NCBI GenBank assembly: GCA_036172245.1
Contig: JAYWIR010000082.1
Coordinates: forward strand, 186,001 to 250,000
Length of the DNA: 64,000 bases
DNA from: Raillietiella orientalis
Taxonomy: Eukaryota
Reading direction: 5' to 3'
Shown piece after piece: positions 38,457 to 50,800 of this stretch. Below the pieces are notes generated by a model, which saw only the letters and a program-made list of their open reading frames with translations, did no database searches and was not told where the DNA came from. Positions within the stretch are counted from its first letter, which is position 1; each line of letters opens with the position of its first letter. The position numbers and the translations under genes were made by a program.

Positions 38457-38970
38457 CCGTCTTCCCTTTGAAGGGTGCCCTCGATCGCATTCCATGGAAC
38501 TGGTTGATACCCCTTTTGGGGGATTGCCTCTCCAGAGTGTCAGGTAGTGAGCTGCTCCTTTCGGGGAACGACCCTTCAGAGAAATTGGAAGGCGTCCCTT
38601 TGGGATTCTTTTCAGAGAAGTAACAATGGGAGGTTCCCTTGCGGGTTCCCTCTGGAGAAGAAAGAAATTCCAGGAGCAGATCCTTTCCGTGCTTCCTTCG
38701 GAGAGGAAATGGGGAGAGGTCCCCTCCAGGGGATCCATACAGAGAGAATAAGGAAGAGGTGGTTTCCTTTGCGGTTCGCTCCCAAGCGGAAAAGAACTCC
38801 AGGAAGACTCCTCCTTCCGGAGTCTCCCTGGATTCATGGGGTGGTCCCTCTCCCGAGGTACCCTCTGACTTGAAGGGTTAACACGCACGCTTCGGTGGCG
38901 TGGACCAGTGTCAAAGCTTCGTGAGTTCCTGGGCTAACGGTTCTTCAGTAACTGACGAGCCTTCCAAAAA
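38457..38970 (+). mobile_element. SINE-like element, copy 4 (5'-truncated)
   Basis: ttccatggaactggttgatac, ggattgcctctcca and cccttcagagaaattggaag match copies 2 and 5. It ends in aacggttcttcagtaactga followed by A-rich sequence. Confidence 0.78.
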
Positions 38971-41900
38971 TAACAGAAAACCCGAAAAAAGATCAATAAA
39001 TAAAAAAGCTGTGAGGAAAACAGTGGAACCCAAAAGGATGATTTCCATCATCCCAGGCCAGTAGCAACGATCTCCCTGTGGAAGTCGCTACTGGCCACCT
39101 TTTTTAAAAAATAAAAAATAAAAAAAATAGAAACTGATATTTGCACGTAGAGCTGCTCCTCGCTTTCCAAGTACGTGGAGCTTTGGTGGCATCAATACAT
39201 CTGAGATTGCTGAGACACCAAGAGATACTTCATAATTCGTATCCAAATGATTGGCAAAGAATCCAAAACAACTTTTTTTGTTTGCGTCCCTCACAGATCG
39301 GAATTCCCATATCTTCGTGACAAACCGTTGCTTCCAAGTCACTTCCTGACTGAAATCCTCCGCCATTTTGAGTATCATGTAATCCCATTTTCTGAGAGTG
39401 CGACTATTTAGGTCTGCGAGAAAGGTTTTTCTGGACGAAGGCCTCAATGAATGTTTGAATAAAGTTACCAACTGAAGTGATGCGAGTTTCACCTTTGTTT
39501 TCTGCAAGGTCATTTTCTTTTTTTTTTTCTTTTTTAGCGAAATGTTGAACCTTTTCTAGCCTTTCTCCACATTTTCCATAAATCATGTATTGAGGTAAGT
39601 CATTTCTATTCCTGGTTATTCATCATGAGCACAATGTAATTCTCTCTAAGCCTTTCTCCCTGCATTCCATCTCATTAGCTGTGCGTTCTTTAGAAACAAC
39701 TTTGAAATCGAATTTCGTCTACTGAAGAACAGTGTTGATCTAAGCGAAGGTGTTCGTGTGCCCAGGTGTGACATTCGGAGGAGAAAGAGGGGAAGGAATC
39801 CGCAATTCCTAAGGGAAATGCGTGGACATCCCTCAAAACTTAGCCAATCCTTTCGCTAACATTAAGGCCTCCAGACATGAGGTTGCGAAAGAACACGCAT
39901 GCCTGAACTTAAGTCAATACCATTCGAGAAGAGTGTTTACAAAAACTTTGTGGCTGCTCTGCTGGTCTTCGGAATAATGGATAATCCAGCCTTCTTAATT
40001 ACTGCTGGATAACTGAGTGCTCAACCTAATGTGCCCTTCGGCAACGCGGTTCCCCAAACGACTAAGAACAGTTAGAATTATGGCTCATGTAAAATGCCAT
40101 TTAGGGACCCCAAGTCTCTAAGGACGTTCGTCTTACCGTCACATCTCTGTGAATTCCACGGAAAAAGAGAGTTCACAGGGATGCGATGGCAAGGCTGGAA
40201 GCGCAGTGGAAACTCACGACTTCTTATCTCGGTATGGACATCCAGTGAATTTGATCCAGCTTCCATCCTTGTAAACTCGAAATAACTCATGTCATGCCCG
40301 GAAAAGCTCTTTCTTACTCTTTCGGTCTTCCTTCACAACAAGCCCATGTGCTGAAACTTTGGCCTCTTAGAGATCGTAATATAATAAGCAGCGGCTCAAA
40401 AACAAGAACTCGTGTTCCTCGTATTAAGCCGGACTTTTCTTCCTCCTCGGATCCGTTAGTTGAACTGAGAGCCTTACAACCAGTGGTAATGCAAAAGGAA
40501 ATTGAAAGCGCACTCAGCTGACGGCATGATTTCGAGAAGAATTTTCCTGAACTTCAAGAACTCAAGTCTCAACCATCTGTGGTCCAGTTTTCCCTTTCCA
40601 TGCAAGGCACTCCAAGCGAACATCTCTCACCGATGGAAAAGCTTTTGATCCTCAACGCGAGGTTCTCTTGTGAGGAAACGAAATGCACAAGTGACCATTT
40701 GCTTAATATCCTTACGCGACCACGAGGAATAATGAACACAAAGTCACTTGCAGGAAGGCATCAACAAGCCAAAACTAACTTCACAGCTACTGGAATGCTA
40801 TTTTCTAAAATACACTTCATCTTGATCTTTGCCTTCATGCTCCAAAGTCGGAAATCGGGAAATGGAATGCCTCGCGAACCAAGCGAGTGATCTTAAAGGA
40901 GCCAGTCGCTATCCGCTGAATGAGAAGCCGATTTCTATTCACTACCATATTTAGCAGCATCCCACAATAATGGGAGTAACGTGCGTGTACAAAGTTTGCT
41001 CATTCGATTAATGTATGCTACCCCAAATGTAACGCTATGCTAGTCACAGTCGGCGCTTTCTGGACACACAGAAGATCCCTAGTGACAAGCTTTGGGTCTG
41101 TACAGATATGGATCACGGACTGATCCTCGAGCACTCTAATAAAAAAAAAAAAAATAGGTTTCCAGTAAATCCAGACCCTATTGTCGAACATAAATCTCCG
41201 ACGCATTCGTACCTCCTACGCTGGTGCCTAGTTCGCCTTAATGGTACTTGAGAAGTTCGTGAAGAGTCTTGCAGGAGTTTCGGCAGATCTTCAAATGAAG
41301 TGGATTAATAAACAGTGTCGGCTAGGGAGGCGTTCATGATGGTAAATGTTCCTGCTGACTCTCGCATGGATTATCAAGAGAGTTATTCGAAAGGGTTTTC
41401 GGATCCACTGTTTATTTATTTCTACTTTCATGAGTCGAAATTTCGGTGGACTTTCCCGAACGGGAGATTGAAGGGGAAAACGTCGAAAATTGAAGCGTGG
41501 TTAGGGAGGTGGCGTTTTCGGATGGATCGCTTCCCGTGTATCTGCTGCCTTTTGATGAGCCGTTCCCTCAACTTCCGAGACTGTTGGGACATTCGACCCT
41601 TCCTCGTGCACTAGCCTCATTTTCAGGCAGGTTGCGGCGCAGTGAACGCATTCGCCGTTTCCATGGAAGCCGAATCTCAGTCTCATCTTGGAGGTAAGGG
41701 CTCACGGTTGAGAAGGGTAGAGTTCTCCACATAACAAACACCAACACTCTATATCGCTGTCCCCTGAGCACATGCAAGTACGTCATCAGTTTACCAAATA
41801 CTAAAGCTACTAAAGCTGAAGATGCACTAGTCAAGGGATCACCTATCGTTCTCAGAAGAAAGAATACCTGCAAGGATCAAGGTATGAGCAGATCACATCC

Positions 41901-42699
41901 GTCGAGAAACAACTGAGAACACTTTCTACAAAAGCAACTTTCAAGATGAAAGCTTGGTGCCTAAAGCTGGGATTTCTGGTGAATGACTGTTAAAGATCTC
42001 GCTCAACTGAGATCTTTATTGAGAGAATTTTCTTGAATGAAGATTCATCTTTCCTGCAAAGATCTCTTCTGCAAAACTCGGTTCTTCTTTCAAAGACAGA
42101 GCTCTCGCAATCATTCATCTATGTAAAGAGATACCTCGAAAACGTCCCTTATAAATTCTCCGATTTCGAAATTCACGTCTTTATGCGGGTTGCCAGCCGT
42201 AGTTAGGGTATAGTTAGGGTATCGCAGATGAAAGTACTTCCTCTTAGTAAAACTAAAAATCACCCTTATTCTTATCACTACGAGTGAGTGATGGGAGGTT
42301 ACCAGTTTACAAGCACTGGAGGTGTAACCAGATAGATGAACAAATGTTACGGCAGCATGAATTAGGTCCATTTATGGTTTGGCTTTTTCTCAGCATTGGT
42401 GTTTACGCTCTGAACCATTCATTAAAAAAATCTCATGTTTGCCCTACTTTGAAATACGGTTGGCAAAACTCATCCCTTTCAAACGGTTTCAGTAAATCCA
42501 TTAGAGCTGCGAACCAAAAAGGGAACCAAATGATGGAAGTGGTATCTCAGAGCTCACAGCTCTTTTTCCACTATGCATGAGATTTCTTGATTTCTCTCTT
42601 TGATACGCTGCTGTATCCGATTCATCTGGTGAATGAAACAGTGAATTGGCGACGTCACTGCCCGAGTGCACGCAGGAGTGCAGGTCAGGTGACAAGCCC

Positions 42700-43055
42700 A
42701 GCGATCAAATCTGTACCAGTGCATGACGTGCATTTATGAAGTAGGTCGTGGATGTTGATTGGTTGCCTTGTTGATTGTGGGTGTTCCGTGGATGTGTGCG
42801 TTTGTCCAAAGTGGCATCCTTGGAGCAATAAATTGTCATTGTCTGCATTTCCTGACAAAAAGACAATTGCAATTTCAGTTCCAACAAATCCTGAATGTGG
42901 CTGGTAAATTAGACATCTCAAGTGACATATGATGCTTCTCTTCGTTGATAAGTTTGGTGCCCAGCTCTTAATGAGACTGCTTGTCGCCATTTCTTTGCAG
43001 ACAACCTTTTGCGAGCGTGAGATGAGAAACACTCGTCGTGTTCCTTGAGGTTTCG
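42700..43055 (-). mobile_element. Probable degenerate LINE APE-endonuclease remnant
   Basis: Colinear frameshifted motifs: LKEHD/VFLIS (cf. L.EH..D..LISET), G..AV/LIKS (cf. GGTAILIK), LELKLQL...TIYCS (cf. IY.PP) and FINARHA-(W) (cf. GDFNA.H..W). Each motif is weak alone, but order and spacing fit the APE domain. Confidence 0.45.
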
Positions 43056-45210
43056 GACAAAAGTGTGAGGAGGTGGCAAGAACCACTTTTCCGAGTTTTC
43101 CACCTTCATCAGTTTTCCTCTTCCGCAATTTACTTCGCTCAAGCAACTCCATTCCCGGTTCTCCCCATCAGTAAACGAACTGCTGTTTCCAAAATGAAAA
43201 AAACAGAAACGATGCCTTTGGGTTCCGGAAGGATGTTTGAATGCAATGGAACTTTGGTTTCTCGTTTTCTGTCCTTCGTAGCAGTGGTTTCTTGATACAC
43301 TCGAGTATGCCATGATCGGGTTCGGTGTCCCCTGCTCATAATTTTGTATACCACTTGGAAAAACAAATTATAATTATCAGCACATCTCTCTCTATATTCC
43401 CCAGTAGGTTGCTCGCAGAGACTTGTGCTTGAATAAAAGTGGGTTTGCGGGTTGACCTAGACCAAGGCAGATTTAGAAACGTTTCTTTTTCATTTTCGGA
43501 AGTTTCTCCTGCGATAAAGAAGAAAGAGCTCCAACGATTCTCTTATAGTTTGTATTTTTTTTCTTTATTTCGCGCGATATCACTCCCGTCATTCATTTTC
43601 TTGCAAGAGTATGTAGGACGTCACTTCCTGAGTGCTTTGTGAATCCTCTAAGATTGTCTCACGATCTTTCTCACTTACGAAGAAGCCGTTCCATATAAGT
43701 CGCTTAGAAGGGGAGTAAATTCTTGGAATTTTTTCTTCTAGCTCACTATTCAAGTGTGAAGAATAAAGGAGGGTCAAAGGAAAATTTTGGAACGACCTTC
43801 CTAGATCCATCACACTGATGAAGGGTTTCAAGGGAAAAGGAACAAGTTGTAGAAAAATCCGCAGAAATTTCGATGGGAATCAGGAAATAAGACACGCCGT
43901 CCCGTTCGAACCGGTTAGTTGACACGGAGCGGTTTTCTGAGCCAAGTTCTGCTCCCTACACCAGAGTTTGCAATTGTGAAAATCATTTCAATTTTTCAAA
44001 TAAGATCCATGATACCGTCGGAAGGTCACGGGCATCCCACAGATGTGTGATGCACACTTTTTGTACCAGCATTGCTAACATCATTCCACACAACTGCAAG
44101 TACTGATATATTTGAACAGTCAGAAATTCATTGCAAGGGCATTCTCTTTTTTCAACGCAGAACGAAGATGTACAAGATTTGCGTGTTTCAAACGGAATTT
44201 TCAAAAGTTGAGGAAGCGCCCAGACATCCGTGAAGAGATCGAAAGAACAGTTTTCAAGACACGTCTCAACTCTTTCTCCAATCATCAGCTACTTGTTGTT
44301 GTTAGATATTCCATAAAGAAGTCTCAGTCGATTAACGCTGTTCTGCCTAAGAATAAATTTGCGACCAGCATCCAAAGAAACTCCAGCAGCATTCCTATGT
44401 TCACGAAAGGTTGATGAGGTGAGATGACGACATTCTGGAAATATGAAGGCGAAGCAGGTGCAAGGGGTGTTACGGAAGAACTAGAAAGAGCGGCGTGGTT
44501 CAAGCCCGGTCGCACCTTGGTCCCTCCTCAAACTGACTGATATCGAGTTCCTCTTGGATTCTGTCCAGGATACGCAGGATTTTGGTGAGACTGAGGTCAC
44601 GCCTGAAGGCAGCTCGCAATCCAGCTTGCATTTGCGCTAGATCCGAATGCCGTCATCTATATCGATTCGGTACATTGATACGCAGACAGGGAACAAACGA
44701 ATCTGCATCTTCCGTGTTTTTAAAGGTTATGTTTAGGGATGGCTCACTGAAAATCCAGATCCCGTTCAGGTTGAGAAAGCATCTGCCTTGAGTTTCCAGG
44801 TTTCCAGGTTTTCTTGAGTTGGAACATTGCTCCAGTTTTTCTGGTTTTCGTATGATTTCTTTCCTTTTTATTTTGTGGTCCCTGCCGTTTCCATCTGACC
44901 ATCATGAAGCAGTAAAAGATTCGAGCCTAGGTCGATAAATTTTGCTAAGATACCAGTATACCCCTGGAAGCTCAGCAGAGCTTCCTCTTGTGCTTAATGC
45001 ACTTTTAGCGTTATTGGCTCTTTGCAGTCCCCAAGGAAGCATGAAATCTATTGAAAGCTCTTGTCTTCGAGTCCCTTAGAAGATCGAGCTTGTCATTTCC
45101 AAACTGAAGCTAAACTCGGCCGATGCTGAAAATGCTCTTCATGAAAAGTCACCTTCGTGTCGACTGAGTAAAATACTGAATGGACTTGAAGGACGCAAAC
45201 ACTTGAAGAC

Positions 45211-45250
45211 CCGAACTAATGCACACTTACAAGTGTGCATTAGTGTTCGG
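45211..45250. repeat. Near-perfect palindrome
   Basis: ccga-actaatgcacactt-ac-aagtgtgcattagt-gt-tcgg: 14-bp perfect arms with a 2-nt spacer, extendable across a small bulge. Confidence 0.9.
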
Positions 45251-48200
45251 AATCCAATTTACAAACCAAAGTGATTTTGGATCGCAATAATGTGTCTGTC
45301 TCTGGATCTAAGCAGTTCTTAGTGCCATGATGTTTCAAGAGTCCTCAGAAATCCGTATCTACCACTTGAGACATTGACTTCTGTTCCTGCACTCTCTACG
45401 AAAACTCCTGCTTAACTTCAGAGATATTGATGGAATGATTTCGAAACATGATGGGTGTTCCGCTTAGACGCCCATCAATCCCAGAATTTCAATCCAGAAG
45501 GTATCTTCGGGATGTGTGATGCTGCTCTATTCCGATAATATATTTCTCCATCGCTGAACTTAGGGAGTTGTTTTTTTTTAATTGCAAATGGTTTCCATGG
45601 ATACGAGTGTTTTCTCAATGGACCAAATTTGATCCTGCTCTGCTGCGAGAATTCGGATAGTGTGCATTTTTTTAAAGTTTCCTGAATAAAAGATGGTAAA
45701 AAGTTTCCACAAAAAGTTTCCCAGAAGTCCACTAAATATTAGGGATAGACTGAAGCTACAAAAATGAAAATAGGATTACAAGTAGGCTATAAGGTAGATG
45801 GAAGCCGTTTAAAAATCACTGATTCGGGATCGAAAACACTACTGAACGCATTCTCGCACTACCTGCTCATGATACATTTACAAATTTCTGCATCATTGGA
45901 ATCCATCTTCAAAATTGCTATAGATTTCGCATGGCAACTTCTTCCATAACAGAAGTCTTTTATGCTGCATAAGTCTTCTCCTGGACTTATCACTTGATGC
46001 ATTCTTCCTTCCTTTATGCATTCTGATCAGACTCTCAACTGCAGTTGTCTTTCATTTTTGAATTAAAATGCCAACGAGGATGGCATTAGCAGCACAATTG
46101 TTTTTTAACTGGACTTTCTTTAACTAACTTGGCATTTGATCTGCTATCGCATCGTCCCATGGCATCAACGCATCCAGAAATTTTCATTTCAAAAGCCATC
46201 GCCATCTTGATCAGAATCTCACCTTAAAACTTGGAAATGAGAAGATTGTATTTTGAAAGCATGCGCTCTTCCTGCGCTTTTTCTGATCCCATTGCTCATG
46301 ATATCCCCCGTCTCTGCAGTGCACGCTGTTAAAAGGAGAAGGCGTAGTAATATTAAGATGAGAGTTCAGATCATTCCTTGAAACAAATGTTGGTGCATCA
46401 GGAATTGAATATTTGAAAAGGAAAGATCAATTCTTTGCTTCTATCTGATTCAAATTCTATGATGTACTAATAGTTATGGAGAAATGAAGTCATTTTTTTT
46501 TCGGTTCCCTAATGAAACGCCTTTTAACCCTCAAAAGCCATTTTCAAGAAGTTTTGAGGCCATCTGGCCTTTCTCAATAGTCCATATCTCAAGCAACTTT
46601 GCTAAGCCGTAAAGCACTACCAGGGGCCAAATGTTTGACGCCGTCCCAGTCAAACCTGCGCCGAATTGCCTTTGATTCACCTCCATGCTTTTTTGTTCTT
46701 TGAACATTAATGCAATTAAACAAAATTGCTTCTGAAAGTTTTTTGCATCAGGAATCCGCTTCATCCGCACTGAATGTGTCCTCTAGCCAAGGTGAAAAAG
46801 CAGAATTCCTTCAGCTCACTGGCATATAACCACAGTTAAAAGAGAAGTATTCTTGCAAACAAGCTTTCTGAAAGGAAGTTGGTGTCCACTTCAGATGATC
46901 CTAACCTTCCGTCGACTCAGTGTGTCATTTGCCACGTCCTTTGCAAATTTTGCAGCTTTCGGACTAGGGAATAAGTCCTGTGAGCTGTCTTGGGAACAGT
47001 CCAACGGATAAGTGGAAACGGTCTTGTCCAGAGTTCTGAATTTCCGTGTAGCTGCCCTCAGAAATCTATCTCTAAAGTTGATTTTGCACTCCTCCGTTGG
47101 ACCCGGTTTCCTATTGATTATCACAATGTGGAACCCATTCATCACTCGTCCGCCTTGTTGTCATAGTGATCGTCTTTCCATTTTGCTAATTACATCCCAA
47201 CTCGTCAGGTTGTCTCTCTTTTAACGCCACTTGTTGCGACACATTCAAAAGTGACGTTGCACATGCATAGGTCAGCACGTGAAAAATCCAACGAAGAATG
47301 GAATCCTCTCCTGCGAATCTGGGCGAAATCACAGTGTCAATTTCCAGGGTTCTCCGTCACGGTGAACTTTGCATCCCGAATATAGAATTATCAAAGAAAC
47401 GGGATGCCTTACTTGGTATACTAATCCAGACTTCTAGTTATTATTAACCGGTATCCGCCTTCATAACAGCAAGAAATCTGGTTAAAGAACTCGGCACGTC
47501 GATTATGCTTTCCAATGATTAAACTATTTCACTGCAGAAGAAAAATTGCAGTCCGCAGTCTGAGGGACTTCTTCACTCCTTCTGATTTGTTTTCCATCCT
47601 TTCTCCTGGCATTCAAGCGCTTAAAATGGTCAGAATTTTTATTCATAACCCAGACGTTCAAAGTGAACTCCTAGCAGTCTTGATCAGCAGAAACCCATGC
47701 AGTGCACTGCATCCGCGAACCCGTTGATTGATTCCCATTCTACCGCGACGGCCGGAAGCAGGGAAGCACACTTTCGGGAGCGCCGATACGACGGCTCACT
47801 TTCGCGGCTACTCCCGTTTTCAGAACAGCGATTCAAGATTGCAGGGAGCAGCACACCGCCGACCCCTTCAACGGCGCCCAATTCCTCACTTGACAAGAGC
47901 AATAGGGATCCGTCTCCGGACCTTCCACTCAGGTTCAGCTCCAAGCAACGTTTCGCGAAACATCCGTTCAACCGACCTCCAGCTACCAAGGAAGAAAACG
48001 AAAATCGGGTACGCCTTTCGCGAAACATTCTTCGGGCTCTAAGTGCTCCGTGTCTCCATAATGGCGACACTTCCGTTTTGATGGACGATTTTTGCTTCGT
48101 CAGGGACATCGACTGAGGGCGAAAAATCTTCCACAAGTCAAGAGACTGCGTGCCAGCGCAAGGTAAGCGGAAATTGGCGCGAAAGTGAGAAGGAACAGAA

Positions 48201-49893
48201 ACTAGGGTATCGTCATCATCGAGATGGATACCAAACGATGCGTCATCAGCAGATACAAATGAGCGGATCCGATGCTACCATCTGTTGCACGGCAGGAAAC
48301 GATGCTGCGAATGAGCTTGTGGATTCTGGATGAAAGCGCAACTCTGGAAGCCATGGTTCCATAGAGCAGGGCGCATATTTTTCTTGCAAAGGAAGAAAAA
48401 TGAAAACACGCTCAAAGAGAATCACCATTGCAGATGGAAGCGTTGCTCCCAAATCCAGTGACCTCACAACCGGCTATACTTGTCCACTAAAAGCAAAGGG
48501 ACGTGCATGGCGATCGGGGGGCGTTGAGATGCAACTTGCTGCCTCCCACCTAGCTGGATCACACGATCATTCCGCAAATGGCAGCACCCAAGTTTTTGCA
48601 AATCTCTCCCAGACGATGAAGTTCCGAAACGAGCGCACCCGTCTAAGAGCACACTCGCCATGCTCTCGACGGATTCAGGTCAACTTCGTTCCACTGGATT
48701 AGCAGCTGAAATAGGCGCTACTCTCGGTCTGTAACTTGCCAACCAATGCTCTTTGTGATGTTCCGAATGTATTGGACAGAGTCCACGTGGTTCTCATTTT
48801 TTCCTCACTAAACTATGAAGAGCAATCTTTTTTGTGGTTGCGCATTTTTCCATCTATTGAGACTCTATCGTTACAAAACAAACATTTCGAAGCGAGGAAA
48901 GATTCGCAGACGTGACCACTCCGTGTAGGCCTTTACTTTTAAAATTTACAGATCAGGGAAATGGAAGCAGCTTACGCAAACACTGGGACTTCGGGAGACG
49001 AAATCGTACTCCAACCTCGTAGGGGCCCCACTGTAACTGTTGCTGTGCAGTCTCTTCGTAGGTATCTCCAAGGTATTTGGCGAGAGCGACAAAGAAGACT
49101 GAAACTCCTTGGATTCTTGGATCCTGGCTGGGCTAGATGTCCGTCTAGCGACTCCAGGAAATTCCGGTTTCACCAAATGAGACACTGGAACAGAGTGAGA
49201 TCAGAACGGGCCACTGAGGATATCGAAAGAGGCTACATCGGTTCGCTGTGGTCTCAAGCGAAAGGTCACCAAGATATAAATCGGGAGCGGAAAAGTTGGA
49301 AAAAAAAGTTTTCAGTAGAATCCGCCGCCTCTTCGCTTCCGGTGGGACTACCTTCCAGACTTTATTTTTTGTAAACGGATTCAAGGAATCTCTGAAGTTT
49401 CAGACGACTTTTTTGAAGTTCCGATCTCGATGGAGACTAGGTCGCTGACCGTATGTCTCGCGGAGGACGTCTTCGGAGTTATTCAGCCTTATCGGATTAC
49501 AACTTTCGGGATATTCATCAGTCCGTCGGTCCGCGGTACCGTTGAGGAACCTACTTATTGAAGTATATTTATGGCATCAAGGCCGACGCCGATGCCGGAA
49601 CCGAAATCGAGAACAGAACAGAATCTTTTCTGCCGTTCAATAAGTATGCTGAGAAAGCATGAAGAAGACTACTCAGAGCGTTGCTCACAGTTCAGAATGC
49701 GGTGTCTTAAATCTGCATTGCAGGATCTGAATTATATGGAACGGTCGAAGACAGATAAAATCATTTCTTGAAGGACAAGGAAGATAGATGATCCGATTCC
49801 AATCGTGGATGAGGGATATATTTGTGGGGGATAGATTTTTCAGGTAGCGGTTCTCATCAGAGCCACGTCCTTTCCACTTGCGTCTCTCCCTTG

Positions 49894-49907
49894 CCCCCCC
49901 CCCCCCC
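49894..49907. repeat. Poly(C) run of 14 nt
   Basis: Read directly. Confidence 0.9.
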
Positions 49908-50144
49908 ATCATCTCCTATTCTCACAGCGAAACATTTCCTCTGCAATGATTTTCCTTGCAAACCAGATAATCAATCAATTGGTCCCTTCTTTGATCCGAC
50001 GTTACGATCAAGCCTGCACGCTGAGGTAAAAGAGACGTGGATGGCCAAGTGTATTTCCCGATATTCGTGAATTCGTTTGTTAGTCTGTGTTCAGTTTATG
50101 ATGGTTCCCCGAGCAACCCTGATTCTTCCGGGAAGCCGGTGCTA

Positions 50145-50800
50145 TTTGGTTTTCGAATTCACCCCGCCGGATTATCTGGTTGGCCCATAGTCTTCTGGTG
50201 CGCCCTGGTGAAAGCCGCAAACTGGATGCCTCCGTTGACTGGAAAGGGTTGAACGTTGACCTTCCGATTTCCTTCTAGGAATCAAGGGGCCGTCCCTTCC
50301 CTCGGGGAAGGATCCTCCATCGCGTTCCATGAAACTGGTTGTAAGAAGTGTAAGAACTTCTTTCCTCTCCAGAGTATAAGAAGAGCGCTGCCCTCTTCGG
50401 GGAGCGGTTCTTCAGAGAAATTGGGAGGCGTTCCCTCGGGGTTCTCTACAGAGGAGGAAACAAGGAGCGGCTCCCTTGCGAATGTCCTCCGGATAAGAAA
50501 TTCCGAGAGCGGACCCTTCCAGGTTCCCTTCGCAGAAGAAATGAGAAGAGGTCTCTTCCGGGGGTCCCTCCGAAGAGAGTAAGGGGAAGGTTCCCTCCGT
50601 GGCTCCCTCCCAAGAGGAAAAGACGCCTAGAACCTGGAAACCACCCTCCGGAGCCTTCCTGCATCCGTAGGGTGGTTCCCTTCTAGAGTTCCCCCTAACT
50701 CGAAGAGATACTACACACACACCCGAGTGGCGTAGAACAGTGTTCAAGAGTTTTGTAAGCCTCTAGGAAAACGGTTCTTGAGTACTTGGAGAACTCAAAA
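50145..50800 (+). mobile_element. SINE-like element, copy 5 (head decayed or missing)
   Basis: Shares ggaatcaagg, ttccatgaaactggttg, cttcagagaaattgg and aacaaggagcggctcccttg with the other copies. The 3' end gtggcgtagaacagtgt...aaacggttcttgagtact matches copy 4. Confidence 0.78.

Noticed and set aside
38424..38888. Similar peptides in several ORFs (e.g. ISLxGRSPKGAAHxLTLWR here and at 13073-13372)
   Set aside because: They come from translating the same non-coding SINE, and reading frames are not preserved among copies.
50380..50620. CRISPR-like periodicity
   Set aside because: The units are degenerate along their whole length, with no identical repeats, unique spacers or cas genes, and the context is eukaryotic.
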